DNA from: Phaeosaccion multiseriatum
Lineage: Eukaryota > Protista > Ochrophyta, other classes
Assembly (NCBI GenBank): GCA_965112735.1
Contig: OZ218951.1
Span: forward strand, 3,410,001 to 3,474,000
DNA: 64,000 bases
Direction of reading: 5' to 3'
Shown here: one piece after another, positions 45,112-64,000 of the stretch
Numbering within the stretch: the stretch's first letter is position 1
Layout: the number at the start of each line of letters is the position of its first letter
Notes under the pieces: generated by a model
Told to the model about the DNA's origin: nothing
Seen by the model: only the letters and a program-made list of their open reading frames with translations
Databases searched by the model: none
Program-made: the position numbers and the translations under genes

Positions 45112-45385
45112 TCACTCCTCCACCTTGATGTTGAGACTGGCCATGACGTTGTGTTCCTCCCCATCAAAGGCATCGTACCCTTTGAAAGGTAAGTCCTTGT
45201 CCCCCTGCAACAGCGCAGTAATGTCATCCGTAATGACCTGCTTGGGCACGAGGCCGATGATGGCCGTCTTGACATCCCCCTCCTTGGTGATCATGGCGAG
45301 GTGTGGAATGCCATCCACACGGAACGCCTCCACGAGGTCCGCGTTGGCAGCGGAGTCTCCGTCGATCACCACGAAATTCACCTGT

Positions 45386-45435
<50 letters not shown>

Positions 45436-46435
45436 TGTGTGTATGTGTGTGTGCGTGCGTGTATGTGTATGTGTGTTCGTGTGCATGTTTTATGTGTGTG
45501 TATGTGTGCGTGTGTGGGCAGGGAGGGGAGGGGAGAGGAGGGGAGAGGTATTGGCGGTCCGGGAAAGAGTAGCCAGGTACGAAAAAAAGTGCCTCATATC
45601 TCTCTCCAGAACAAAATAAAGTGGAGGGGAGCGCGGGCCAATGCGGGCGGGGGCGAGTGGGTGGGTTGGGTTGGGTTGGGTTGGGTGACACCGATGTCCT
45701 GGATGTTTGGCGGCTCTCTCTCTGTCCGGTCCGCACTGCTAGGGCGTACTGTATACTAGCCGTACGCACCTTTCCTTTGTACTGCTTCTCAATGTCCTTC
45801 ATGGTGGGCGCCATGGCCTTACAATTGCCACACCAGTCGGCATAGAAGTCTACCACCGTAGGCTTGCCGTTCGTCAGAGCCGTAACCAAGGGGGTAGAGG
45901 TGGTCTCCATGGCCCGCAGCATGCCCAGCGGGTTGGCGTTAGCTGGGGCGGCCCCCGAGTGGGTGAAGAAGAAGAGCATACAGGTGGATAGGAAGGAGGT
46001 GAGGGCCACGGCGATGCTATTGCGCTTCTCGACGCGCTGCTCTGCTGCAAAAGCTTCTCTCCGCGCGGCTGCAGCGCCACTGTCCTCCACCGTCTTGCCC
46101 ATCTGCTGGGCTATTCTCTGCTGCAGAGTGAGCCCATCGCCGTCACCACCGGACGACGCTCCATCTGCTTGGGCCGCATCCTCTTCTCCCCCGTCTGCCT
46201 CAGCATCAGCATCATCCGCGGCTCCACCCAACCTAGTGGGAAGCCAAGCGCTTCTTTGTGACACCCTTGCCTCCCCCGCCCTTGGAGTGCATGCTCGGAA
46301 AGGCTCATTTCCGACACCACAAGCGCTTAATGTCCTCGACAGATGAGGAGCACTTCCCCCTGTCGGGGTGAAGGCTCGGCCCCGCCGGACGCAGGTGGCT
46401 ACCAAAACCCCTATGATTGCGGTGCTCCCCTTCAT
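45112..46435 (-). CDS. HCF164: Plastid thylakoid thioredoxin-like protein HCF164/TxlA, 2 exons
   Basis: Exons 46435-45770 and 45381-45112. Signal peptide MKGSTAIIGVLVATCVRRGRA|FTP has an ASAFAP-type cleavage site. A TM helix (IAVALTSFLSTCMLFFF) precedes ALTNGKPTVVDFYADWCGNCKAMAP...FRVDGIPHLA...IGLVPK. Confidence 0.88.
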
Positions 46436-46665
46436 CCTGCCTCTCCTTTCCACCTGACGAGACCTCCTGTCCATGCAGCGAATAGTCCTTCGTTTTGTGG
46501 GCAGGAGGGGAGCAAAGACAGGGCAAAAGTGGGAGGGGAGGAGAGGGGGAAATTAGGATGGAATGAGTGCGCGGAAACCCTTCCTTCCCCTCACTATATA
46601 TTTTCCACGGTCTTGGGTCTTCATGTGACGTTGAGACGAGGGCTTGGCGCCTCTCCTCTACAGGG

Positions 46666-48360
46666 ATGCCTTGCTGGAGACATCGCAACTGCTTGCATGT
46701 GAAGGTGGGGCTTCACAGGTGCAGAGTGCTCAAGGTGAGGAGAGAAAGCGATTATGATTTTCAATATTGGATCCGCCTTACCCCTCCCTCCCCCCCCCCC
46801 CAACTCTCAGCTCATCGTGTATATTGAGGGGAAGCAGCTCGACGCCTTTAATGAGGTGTGTGGGTGTGCGCGGGATGCTCGACTACGGTGTGAGGGGGGC
46901 GAAAAGGGCGGTGGGTCTGGCTCGACGTGGCTACGGGAGAGGGAATCGCGACTCTGGAGCTGCCTCCCCCCAGCAATGGGGGTGAGATGGTCTCGGTGTC
47001 GCTTTTCCAGTGTCTCACGCATCCACCCAGGCACCTTTTACACCGCCCAGAACAAACTTCAGCTGCGGTTTTGGGCTCTCTTTTGGGTCTGAATTCGTAC
47101 GGCTGTCAGCGGTCAGACAACCGCTCGCTGGCTCCACGGGCACGGTGCTGACTTTGTTCGGTGCACTGTGCCTACTATCACTCGGTGAACATTTTATTTT
47201 ATTTTATTGGATCGTCCTCTCTCCTCCTCTCTCTGTGTGGATGTGCTTTCCCTTGCTAAACCTTCTGTGAAACCTTTGTTGTTGTCTCCGCCATCCTTTC
47301 TGTGCTGTGCAGGATGAAAGCCTCTATGACACCCTTCTGAAGGATGTTCGACGCCTGGTGAGTGAGGGAGCTACCCTGGTAGATACGCATGTTTTGTCCT
47401 GTACTCTCCTCCGTCCATCCTGGAGCCTCACTCCTCCTGCCACTCCCTTCGCTTCCCCTTCCTCCTCGCCCCCACCTCCTCTTCTCCGCCCCCCGCTTGT
47501 TCCCACCCCCCCCCCCCTCCCGCCACCCCTTTCCTGCTCTGCACCATCCTATCCCAAAATAAAAGATTGTGGAAACTGCAGACGACCCCGACCAGGACCC
47601 TGAGGCCGATGCGACCTTCAAGTCCTACAAGCAGCTGCGCAGGGACAATCAAACCGTCCGGAGCAAGAGACTCAAGCTCACCTTCCAGTTCGTCCGCACA
47701 CGTCCGGCCTTCGAGGTGCTCGAATTCAATCCCAACCCGGGGAGGATGCGCGCACAAGTAGGTGGTGCAGCAGCCGTCGTGGGCTCCATTCCCGTCTCCC
47801 CCGCCACGCTGTGTGTGTGGGCGTCTCTACTCCCCGCCGCCATCAAAGGAAGGAGCAGCAATGGCAAGGGCAAGGGCAAGCAGCAGCCCCAGACCAAGAT
47901 GGAGGATAGTGTTGTCGGTGATGATGATGATGATGATGAGGAGGAGGAGGAGGAGAGAAGCAGCGAGGCCAGCGCCTTGTTCCAGTCTCGGTACCTGGAC
48001 CAGCACTTCGGCGGGGCGGCGTGCTCACAGGGCGGTGGTGAGGGAGGAGGAGCGCTCGACCACCAACTTGGGCGCGGGGGAGGAGGGGGCGCAGACAACT
48101 TGTTTGCACGCGCAGCGGCGGCCGCGGCCAACCGCACAGAGGAGGAGGAGCTGCAACTTGCCATCGCTCTGTCGCTCTCCAGCAAGGACAATGACAACAA
48201 CAGCAACAACTACAACTACAACACCGAGGGCTCCGAGTCGTCATCGCTATCAAGAGGAGGAGGAAAGCGCAAGGCCAAACGGCCTAAGAGCGCTTCTGGT
48301 GCATCAGGGGAGGGTGAGAGTGCGGTGGAGGTCATCTCGCTGGAGGAGGACTCTCCGTAG
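46666..48360 (+). CDS. Nuclear protein with a possible SLX4IP-like N-terminal domain, a UIM, an NLS and a C-terminal SIM-like motif; snoRNA host gene, 4 exons
   Basis: Exons 46666-46734, 46811-46855, 47313-47357 and 47566-48360, all phase 0. UIM TEEEELQLAIALSLS, NLS-like KRKAKRPK, SIM-like VEVISLEED. The SLX4IP resemblance is pattern-level inference. Confidence 0.7.
46906..47194 (+). ncRNA. Intronic box H/ACA snoRNA, copy 1 (289 nt); predicted guide for the 18S site equivalent to human Psi1347 (SNORA4/ACA4) and yeast Psi1290 (snR83)
   Basis: H box AGACAA 47115-47120. Lower stem TCGCTGG/TCGGTGA. Pocket CTCCAC (47132-47137) plus ACTA (47174-47177) is complementary to conserved 18S UAGU-Psi-G-GUGGAG. 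Upper stem GGGCACGGTGC/GCACTGTGCCT (11 bp). ACA at 47189-47191 is 15 nt from the pocket apex and is followed by TTT. Confidence 0.85.
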
Positions 48361-48539
48361 TAATGCGGTGGAGTGTTGTACGTCGGTGCCAGTTGTGATG
48401 AGCTGCTTGCACATGGCAGGAGGTCGGGATGCTCTCGCAGAGCTTGGTTGTCAAAGGATAGAGCGACCCGCAGGCTTGCTCTCGGGTTGTTAATGGTCGA
48501 TTCGACTACTAGACAAGATATGATACAAGCACTCAGCGG

Positions 48540-48631
48540 ACCACCGAACAGACTCTTGTGGAACAATAACCATCCATTCCACAGAGTCTGTCTGGTGGTG
48601 GTTATGGTTCCACAAGAGTCGGTTTGGTTGT
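48540..48631. other. About 35-bp hairpin with two alternative 3' arms
   Basis: The 5' arm ACCACCGAACAGACTCTTGTGGAACAATAACCATC is complementary both to 48577-48599 and to 48597-48631. Confidence 0.7.
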
Positions 48632-48884
48632 ACATGAGGCCATCTCGCTGTAGGGAGGACTCTCCATGACCCCGAGATGGAGGAGGAGAGGAGAGGAGAG
48701 GAGGAGCAGAGGCCATCCGTGGATCAAGCATCTGACGAGGAGTGGATAGAGAGAGGAGCAGGGCACCCCTCCTCATCGAGCGACGGCTGAGGAGAGAGAG
48801 GAGCAGGCCATCCATTCATTGAGCGACGCTACACTGGGACGGACAAGACTACTGCTTTGCTGTGTGGCCTCCCTCCTCCTCCTC

Positions 48885-48915
<31 letters not shown>

Positions 48916-49197
48916 TCTGCTCTGGGGTTGTGGGAGGGAGGCCTGCGACTTAATGATGGTGAGTTGGAAGTGAGAGGAGGACCAGCCAGCCAATGCTCTG
49001 GTGACTTGCAAGTGAGAACAGGACGAACGAAGCAGCCGGGAGGGCAGGAGAGCACAGTCTTGGCCTGCAATCAAGAGGGTTTGGTTTTGTGTTTTTGGCT
49101 GGATGGATGCATGCATGGATGGGTGGATGGATGGATGGATGGATGCGTACTTTTTTCACCTCCTCTCCTCCACTCTGCGGGGGGGCGAGAAGAAGAA

Positions 49198-49486
49198 GGG
49201 CGGTGGGTCTGGCTCGACGTGGCTACGGGAGAGGGAATCGCGCCTCTGGAGCTGCCTCCCCCCAGCAATGGGGATGCGGTGGTCTCGGGGTCGCTTTTCC
49301 AGTGTCTCACGCATCCATCCAGGCACCTTTTACACCGCCCAGAGCAAACTTCAGCTGCGGTTTTGGGCTCTCTTTTGGGTCTGAGTTCGTACGGCTGTCA
49401 GCGGTCAGACAACCGCTCGCTGGCTCCACGGGCACGGTGCTGACTTTGTTCGGTGCGCTGTGCCTACTATCACTCGGTGAACATTT
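49198..49486 (+). ncRNA. Box H/ACA snoRNA, copy 2
   Basis: 9 substitutions and no indels relative to copy 1. H box 49407-49412, pocket and ACA (49481-49483) are intact. Confidence 0.85.
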
Positions 49487-49646
49487 CATTTCGTTGCGTT
49501 GCATTGCATTATCGTCTCTGTTCTGCTCTGTCCGTCTCTTCCCTTCCTTCCTTCCGCCCCCCCCCCTCGCCCCCTGCTGGCTGTGCTCTCCTTTTATTCC
49601 GAGTGGGCGTGCTTAGCCCTTCTTTCTCCCTCTCTCCCTCTCCCTC

Positions 49647-49726
<80 letters not shown>

Positions 49727-50892
49727 CCCTCTCTAACCTCCGTACCCCTTTCCCTTTCGGTTGCAGTGTGCTGTGCGGCGCAGACATGTCGGAGCGCGAG
49801 ACGGACTGACACATTTGATGGCAGCGGATGGACACATCGGATGGCAGCGGATGGACATATCAGATGGCAGCGGATGGAACGGCGGATGGCAGCGGATGGA
49901 CACATCAGATGGCAGCGGATGGAGAGTAGTGCTCCACCGTCCAAATGTACACATGCATGTATGTATGTATGTATGTAACAAGTGGGCCAGTCACGCACGG
50001 AAGGAGAGGGACACAAATCTTTGTATCAGTGTTCTTTTCCCGGGGAGGAGGTGGGGGTAGGAGTGGGTATGAGGGGGGGGGTGTCAGGACGCGAACTTTC
50101 AAGGCACACGCAGTATGTGCATGTTCATGCATTGGCCGAGGGGAGGTGGCGAGAGTGGTAGGGAGGGGAGCTAAGCTGGAGGGAGGGAGGGAGGGAGGGA
50201 GGGAGGGAGGGACCCAATAGAGCCTATCATGCCAGCACACACCTTCGCAGAGCCGAATGGCCTGACTGACTCGATTGGGACTGTGTGTGTGTGTGCGTGC
50301 CGTCCCACTAAGAAGCGTGGATGTCGAAAGTGGTCTCTATTCTCCTTTCTTTAGTACTGTTTGTATCTTCATGAAAAAATATAGTGATTGATGGAGAGAA
50401 TGAATCAACATAACCAGCACAGTACCCGTCTGTACATGCACCTTTCACACCCTCCGTCATGGCGCCTGACTACCCTACCATATCATGCGCACGCACGCAC
50501 GCACGCACGCACCCCTCCTTTGGTTGGGCTTGCTTCCCTTCCCTTCGGAACGGTGCTTGCTTGCTCAGCCTGGTCCTCTTTGGTGCCCTGTGTTTCTCAG
50601 GCTATCGACGGCTAACCCAAAGGCAAGGAGGAGGGTCCTACCCCACCCCCCGCATCTGAGCCACCCCGACCCTGACCCTGGCCCTGACTCTGACCCTGAC
50701 CCTGGCCCTGACTCTGACCCTGACCCTGACCCTGACTCTGACCCTGACCCTGACCCTGACTCTGACCCTGACCCTGACCCTGCCTCTTCTTCCTGTCTCC
50801 CACCCCCCTCGCCCCTCAAGTCAAGAAACAGTATCAAGTCAAACAGTTCCCCTCTTTCCCCTGAACCTCCTCCTTTCGGTGATGCATCGCTC

Positions 50893-51552
50893 TCATCGGA
50901 TGGGGGCTTTTGTGTAGCTGGAGAAGCCTCCTCTGCCCCCCCCCATCCCCTCGGGAAGGTGTATTCTGTGTGGGTCCGCGCCGCCCCCCTCTCTCCCTTC
51001 GGAGACGCCGCGCCTTTGCCGAACCTTGGGCACAAACGCTTTTGCCACCGGCTGTGTGGTAGTGGGGGCCGTGATTTGGTGTTAGGACAGTGAGTTGGTG
51101 TCAGGACGGTGCGTGGGTGTCAGGACAGAGAGTGAGTAAGTCAGTGACAGGATAGGGAGTGGGTGTCAGGACAGAGAGTGAGTAAGTCAGTGACAGGATA
51201 GGGAGTGGGTGTCAGGACAGAGAGTGAGTAAGTCAGTGACAGGATAGGGAGTGGGTGTCAGGACAGAGAGTGAGTAAGTCAGTGACAGGATAGGGAGTGG
51301 GTGTCAAGACAGAGAGTGAGTATGTCAGTGACAGGATAGGGAGTGGGTGTCAGGACAGAGAGTGAGTAAGTCAGTGTCAGGACGTGCCCACCCCGGCTGC
51401 TTACCATTCCAATGCCATAGGTGAGATTGAGGTTTCTCTTCTGACTCCATTTTGTTGAGTGCACCCCTCTTCCTTCTCCCCGCCTCGCGGCGTGGGGGTC
51501 GGCAGCTTCATTTACACGTTGTTGTTGTTGCCGTTGTTGCTGCTGCTGCTGC

Positions 51553-51633
<81 letters not shown>

Positions 51634-53740
51634 GTCGGGGGGGCTTGCGGCGCGATGACTGAGGGTGGCCTCGCCGGGGAGGGGGAGGAGGAGGAGGAGC
51701 CTTTGACGGGGATAATGTGCACGTCTGACTGCATGCCAGAGCCAGTGCGTGAGGGCCGTGCTAGCGCTGGAGGAGAGGGAGAGGAGGGGGGGGTGACTTG
51801 TCGAGAGGAGGAGGAGGAGGCGGAGGGGGCTGAGGCCGCTCTACCTCTGCAGCAGCCCACGCCGTGCAGGAGGCCAGGAGTGGCAGCGGCGGTTACTGCT
51901 GTATGAGGAATTGGTTCATGGGGTATGAGGAATTGGTTCATGGGGTATGAGGAATTGGTTCATGGGGTATGAGGAATTGGTTCATGGGGTATGGGACATG
52001 GGGCGTAGAGTTGGGGGAGAGAGGGAAAGGGGTCGGCAGTCAGTCAGTAGGGCGAGAGGCAGGAGGAGGAGAGCAGAGCAGAGCAGAGCAGAGCAGAGCA
52101 GCCTGAATGAGACTGCAGTGGGCTGCGTTGGCTGGGGCAGTGCTGATACTAGCAGCGCTAAGATGACCGCCCACCCTCTCCACCCACCCACGCACCCATC
52201 CACCCCGCTCATCCACCCACCCACCCATCCATCCACCCACCCACCCACCCATCCATCCACCCATCCACCCCACCCACCCATCCACCCATCCACCCATCCA
52301 CCCATCCACCCATCCACCCATCCACCCATCCACCCACCCACCCACCCACCCACCCTGCGCACCTGAGGCATCGCGGCGGCCCTGGTGGTTGTGGTGGTTG
52401 GCCATGGCCTTCGAGCCGTGACCATTCACCTTAATGCGCCCCCCCCCCACCCCTGTCCATCCCCTCGCATGATCGGAGGAGGGAGTGCTGGTGCTGCTGC
52501 TGGCCGTTGCTGAGGCTGGACAGAAGCTCCCACGCAGACCACATGAGCCCCTCCGCACCCTCCCTCCTCCTCCTCCTCCTCCTCCTCCTCCTCCTGCTGC
52601 TGGTGCTGGTGCTGCTGCTGCCCTGGTTCCGGACCCTGATCCGTGCGCCGCTGCTGCCCTGCTCATTGCTGCTACCGCTGCTGCGGCCATATCACCAACT
52701 GCTGCAGCTGCTGCTGCGGCGGTGGCGGAGGCCCTTTGAGCGGTGTGGCTGTGTGCCGCCGAAGCTCGTCCAATGGGCGCAGACTGCGGCCGCTTGGAAG
52801 GAGAAGCGTACGCCGAACAAGGAGTAGTACCATGGGGACCTCCCCCCCCTCCCCCTCCCCCTCCCACTCTCGACGCACTGGCCCCCACCCCTCCCCGCCG
52901 CTGTGCGCTGCTCGCCTCCTGCTGCCGTTCTCTCTCGTGAAAGGCCTCCGGACTACCGAAGGAACCGCTCCCCCTCCTCGTCCTCCTGCTGCTGTCCCTC
53001 CGCCCCTCCTCCCTCCTGGCCGCAGCAACGGTGCGCACCCCCAGTCGCACCAGCTCCTCGTCGTCCACTGCACGTGTTGGTACTCTCCTTCTGGCGACAA
53101 CGCAGCCCTCGTCTACCATCATCGTCCTCGTCGGCGAGTGCTGGGCAGAAGCGGGCCGTCGCTGCTCCTCACGCCCTCCCCGTCCTCCTCCTCCTCCTCC
53201 TCCTCCTCCTCCTCCTCCTCCTCCTCCTCCTCCTCCTCCTCCTCCTCCTCCTCCTCCTCCTCCTCCTCCTCCTCCTCCTCCTCCTCCTCCTCCTCCTCCT
53301 CCTCCTCCTCCTCCTCCTCCTCCTCCTCCTCCTCCTCCTCCTCCTCCTCCTCCTCCTCCTCCTCCTCCTCCTCCTCCTCCTCCTCTGTAGTCCCCCCTCC
53401 GTGTGACCTCTCTGCGATGCTCATGCCGCATGAGCTCAGAGCCGTCCTTGTCCATGCAATACACCTTACTCGTGGTCCGGACGGAGTGAACGGAGTGTTC
53501 CCTACGGGCCCTACTACTATCGCCCCCCCATGCGTCTTCAATGACCGCCGCTCCACGGCCCATACACACTCTCTCCGTCTCTCTCTCCCTCCCCCTGCGG
53601 CTGCTGCTGCTGCTGCTGCTGCTGCTGCAAGGGTGGGCTGTGGCCGGTCGCTGTCTCCCGTGCTGAGGCCGAGGCGGCGTCGTCGTTATCCTCTGTGATC
53701 CCCCTCTCTGCTCCTCGACCTCCTCCTCCTCCTCCTCCTG

Positions 53741-53776
<36 letters not shown>

Positions 53777-54318
53777 ATGGCGATGATGACGACGGTGATA
53801 GAGGGCCTCACTGCCTCCTACGTGGGTGCGACGATGTTGCGCGGAAGCCGGTCTTCTTCTTGCTCTTCCTCCTCCACCACCACCACTACCACCTCCTCCT
53901 CCTCCTCCTCTGGACCCATTGCTGCTCCGGCGCGACACAATATCTTTCGGATAAAGCAGCGCCGCGTATTCTCGCGCATATGACTCCCGCACCACTATCG
54001 GAGTACCGCTTGGTCTGCCACCAATGCCAGTGCCACCGGAGCAAGTGGAGGAGGAGGAGGAGGAGGAGGAGGGCCTCCCGGTGGGGGCGTTGTGACCATC
54101 TCTTCTGGGGTTTCCCTGCCCAACAAAGGTGTCCGCATGTGTGTGGCTGGAAGAGGAATGCTGTTCGAAAACATGGGCCGATGCCGGGCGTTTCCTCCTC
54201 CCCCCCATCACCACTGCTCTGGTGACCTCATAGAGCCTCTCTCCCTCCTTCGCAGGCACCGATCGAGCGGACCTGGGACCCGGTACCTCGCCATCGCCCC
54301 GCGGATGGCGATGGTAGA

Positions 54319-54360
<42 letters not shown>

Positions 54361-54825
54361 CTTCCTCTACCTCGGCTTGGGTGCTTCCGCCTCCGCTTGC
54401 TGCCCAAGCCTGAGAGAGAATGGACCCTGGCCGAGCGCCAGCAGCCGCCGGCCCAGACCTTGCCGGAGGAGCAGAGGAGGGACGCTTCACTCTCACTCCC
54501 CCGGTACTGCTGCTGCTCGATCGCGGAACTGCCAAAGGCGGCACCCTGCTGCGATGCTCCTTGGCCATGCTGCTCCTGTCCCTCCCCCCTCCACCCCTGC
54601 CGGTAGTAGCGCCTTGGTCGGCATCGTCCTCGTCGCTGTTATCGTCGAGGTCATACCCTTCTTCTTCTTCTTCTTCTTCATCGTCTTCCCCTTGCAATAC
54701 AACTCTTTTGGCGCTGAGCATTCGCTGCATGCTGGCATCTCCTCCCCCACCGGCCCCTTCTCCAGCACGGGTCCTGCTGCTCCTCCTCCTCTGTACCGTG
54801 CTGCGCTCGCTACTACGCTGGTCCC

Positions 54826-54856
<31 letters not shown>

Positions 54857-55239
54857 AAGCCGCCGAAGCCGCTGAAGCCGCTCCCTCTTCCACTCCTTCT
54901 CCCTCTCCATGGCCTTTATCCGGGCAATCCTCGAAGGCTGCAGGGGAGCCCCCGAGGTGCATGTTATGTCCGCCCTCACCATGAGCTCTCTCTCGTACTG
55001 TGCCGTGGTTTTACGCGTTAGCCGAGCCGTAGCTTGGGCTTGCTGCCGAGCGGCCAAGGAGCCTGCTCCAGCGGAAGCCGGACGGGCGCGATGAAACTCC
55101 TTGTTCTTCACTGTGCCCGTGCTACTGTCCACGTGAGGCACTTTTACGGTGGCCGACACTGGACGCTGACGTCGGGGGGCGACAGGAACCATGCTGGGGT
55201 CAGCAGGCCCTAGTTCTACGGCCATCCTTTTATTTACAC

Positions 55240-55290
<51 letters not shown>

Positions 55291-55636
55291 CCACAGTTTC
55301 AACTGCTGTTTCTTGATAGTAGGAATACGACTGCGTTAAATGGGCTGAGCGGGCACTTCGCGGGGTGCGTGGGCTGCTATTGCTTGTGTGCGAGTAGCAT
55401 GGGGCTTCATAGACATCCTCTACTTCCTCTTCATCATCCAAGTACTCTCCACGCTGTCCCCAGCCCGCGGTGTACACCTTATCCACTGCGCAGCCCTGCA
55501 GCTCAAAGTCTCTCCAACGCCCACCGTACTCGCCGTCGCCTCCTCGTCGCGGGCTTTGCTTGGGCGAGAACAGCTCTGTCGTCTCCCACGGCCCAAACTC
55601 CGAAGCCGCCATCGCCGGGGCATTTGGTGGACGCAT
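50893..55636 (-). CDS. Large intrinsically disordered protein with repeated RPx[S/T]A motifs and poly-Q/poly-G tracts, about 3 exons
   Basis: Exons 55636-52363, 51898-51405 and 51051-50893 splice in phase. Eight RPx[ST]A motifs are present and no recognisable globular domain. The last exon is uncertain. Confidence 0.65.
51113..51375. repeat. 46-bp intronic minisatellite, about 5.5 copies
   Basis: Unit GTGGGTGTCAGGACAGAGAGTGAGTAAGTCAGTGACAGGATAGGGA is repeated head to tail without spacers. Confidence 0.92.
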
Positions 55637-56051
55637 AGTATCGTACGACCTATCTGTTTTTCATCGCCACAGCGCCATCCCAAAGACGTGCCAGCACCCC
55701 GGATGCTCCCACATGGGATCTACTGCTGTGCCTCCCACACTGGGATGAAAGAGAAAAGAGAAAACTTTGTAACGGGCTATGTGAACGTGTTGGTGATCCA
55801 TAGGCTGGTTCGGCCGGTATGTCCGCCGCCCTTTTTTTCCCTTTCCTCTCGACTGCTCTTCATCTTACTGTATAAAAATCCCTCTGAACTGATCTATTTC
55901 ACCATCTCTGAACTGATGTACTATCCTGGTCGAAGCAGTCCAACCCCTAACTTTCCCTTCAATCACTAGCTTTTCTCTCTGAGATTCGACTCCAAGGCTG
56001 TCTGCCCACTGGCTGGCAAGTGAAGAAGGTCAGCTAACTCAAGCTAACTGA

Positions 56052-63432
<7,381 letters not shown>

Positions 63433-63702
63433 CTGCAAGGGGTTAGGAGGAAGGGAGGGGCGTGAGGGCAGGAGAGTGTAAGGGGTGGGGGTGGGGGTGA
63501 GGGAGAGGTAGGCCTTACGTCCTTCTCCCCTTTCTCCTGGCACCGAACCGCACGCACACACACACGCACACACACGCACCTGCACACACGCACACATACC
63601 CACACCCACGCCCATACCCACCAACACACACATACGCACCTGCACACACACACAGCCACACATACATGCACACACACATGCACGCACACTCATATTCACA
63701 CA

Positions 63703-64000
<298 letters not shown>

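Noticed and set aside
46906-47194. Alternative identities for the 289-nt element: SRP RNA, RNase P/MRP, telomerase RNA, U17/snR30 or a tRNA-derived SINE
   Set aside because: No SRP helix-8 motif, no RNase P CR-I, no telomeric template, no m1/m2 motifs and no properly spaced A/B boxes. H/ACA geometry and an rRNA target fit well.
51113-51375. CRISPR-like array (also considered for 21582-22290 and 61238-61665)
   Set aside because: Units are head to tail with no unique spacers, there are no cas genes, and the context is a eukaryotic intron.

Overview
This is eukaryotic nuclear DNA with many GT-AG introns, most of them filled with microsatellites. Most ORFs in the supplied track are repeat artefacts. 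The organism is inferred to be a flagellated photosynthetic alga with a red secondary plastid, probably an ochrophyte stramenopile: HCF164 has a bipartite signal peptide ending GRA|FTP, and several genes belong to cilium-linked families. Hand-built spliced models give about 14 protein genes: a partial TRAPPC14/Trs65-like gene, a TKL kinase with PH, SAM and PX-like domains, CCDC24, an intronless CHASE hybrid histidine kinase, UBXN11, an unknown low-complexity gene, a 23-exon OSCA/TMEM63-TMC-type channel, XRRA1, mitochondrial mL40, a TXNDC15-like protein, HCF164, an SLX4IP-like UIM/SIM protein, an RPx[ST]A-repeat protein and the 3' part of LRRC9. The main non-coding signals are: (1) two copies of an intron-borne, unusually long (289 nt) box H/ACA RNA whose 3' pocket fits the 18S site equivalent to human Psi1347/yeast Psi1290; (2) a dispersed 15-mer, CTGTATCACCAACTG, with opposite orientation in introns and exons; (3) introns bracketed by complementary microsatellites; (4) two hairpins that resemble miRNA precursors; (5) an intronic telomere-like 17-bp array. 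All family calls come from motif recognition and recalled consensus sequences. No database searches or folding programs were run.
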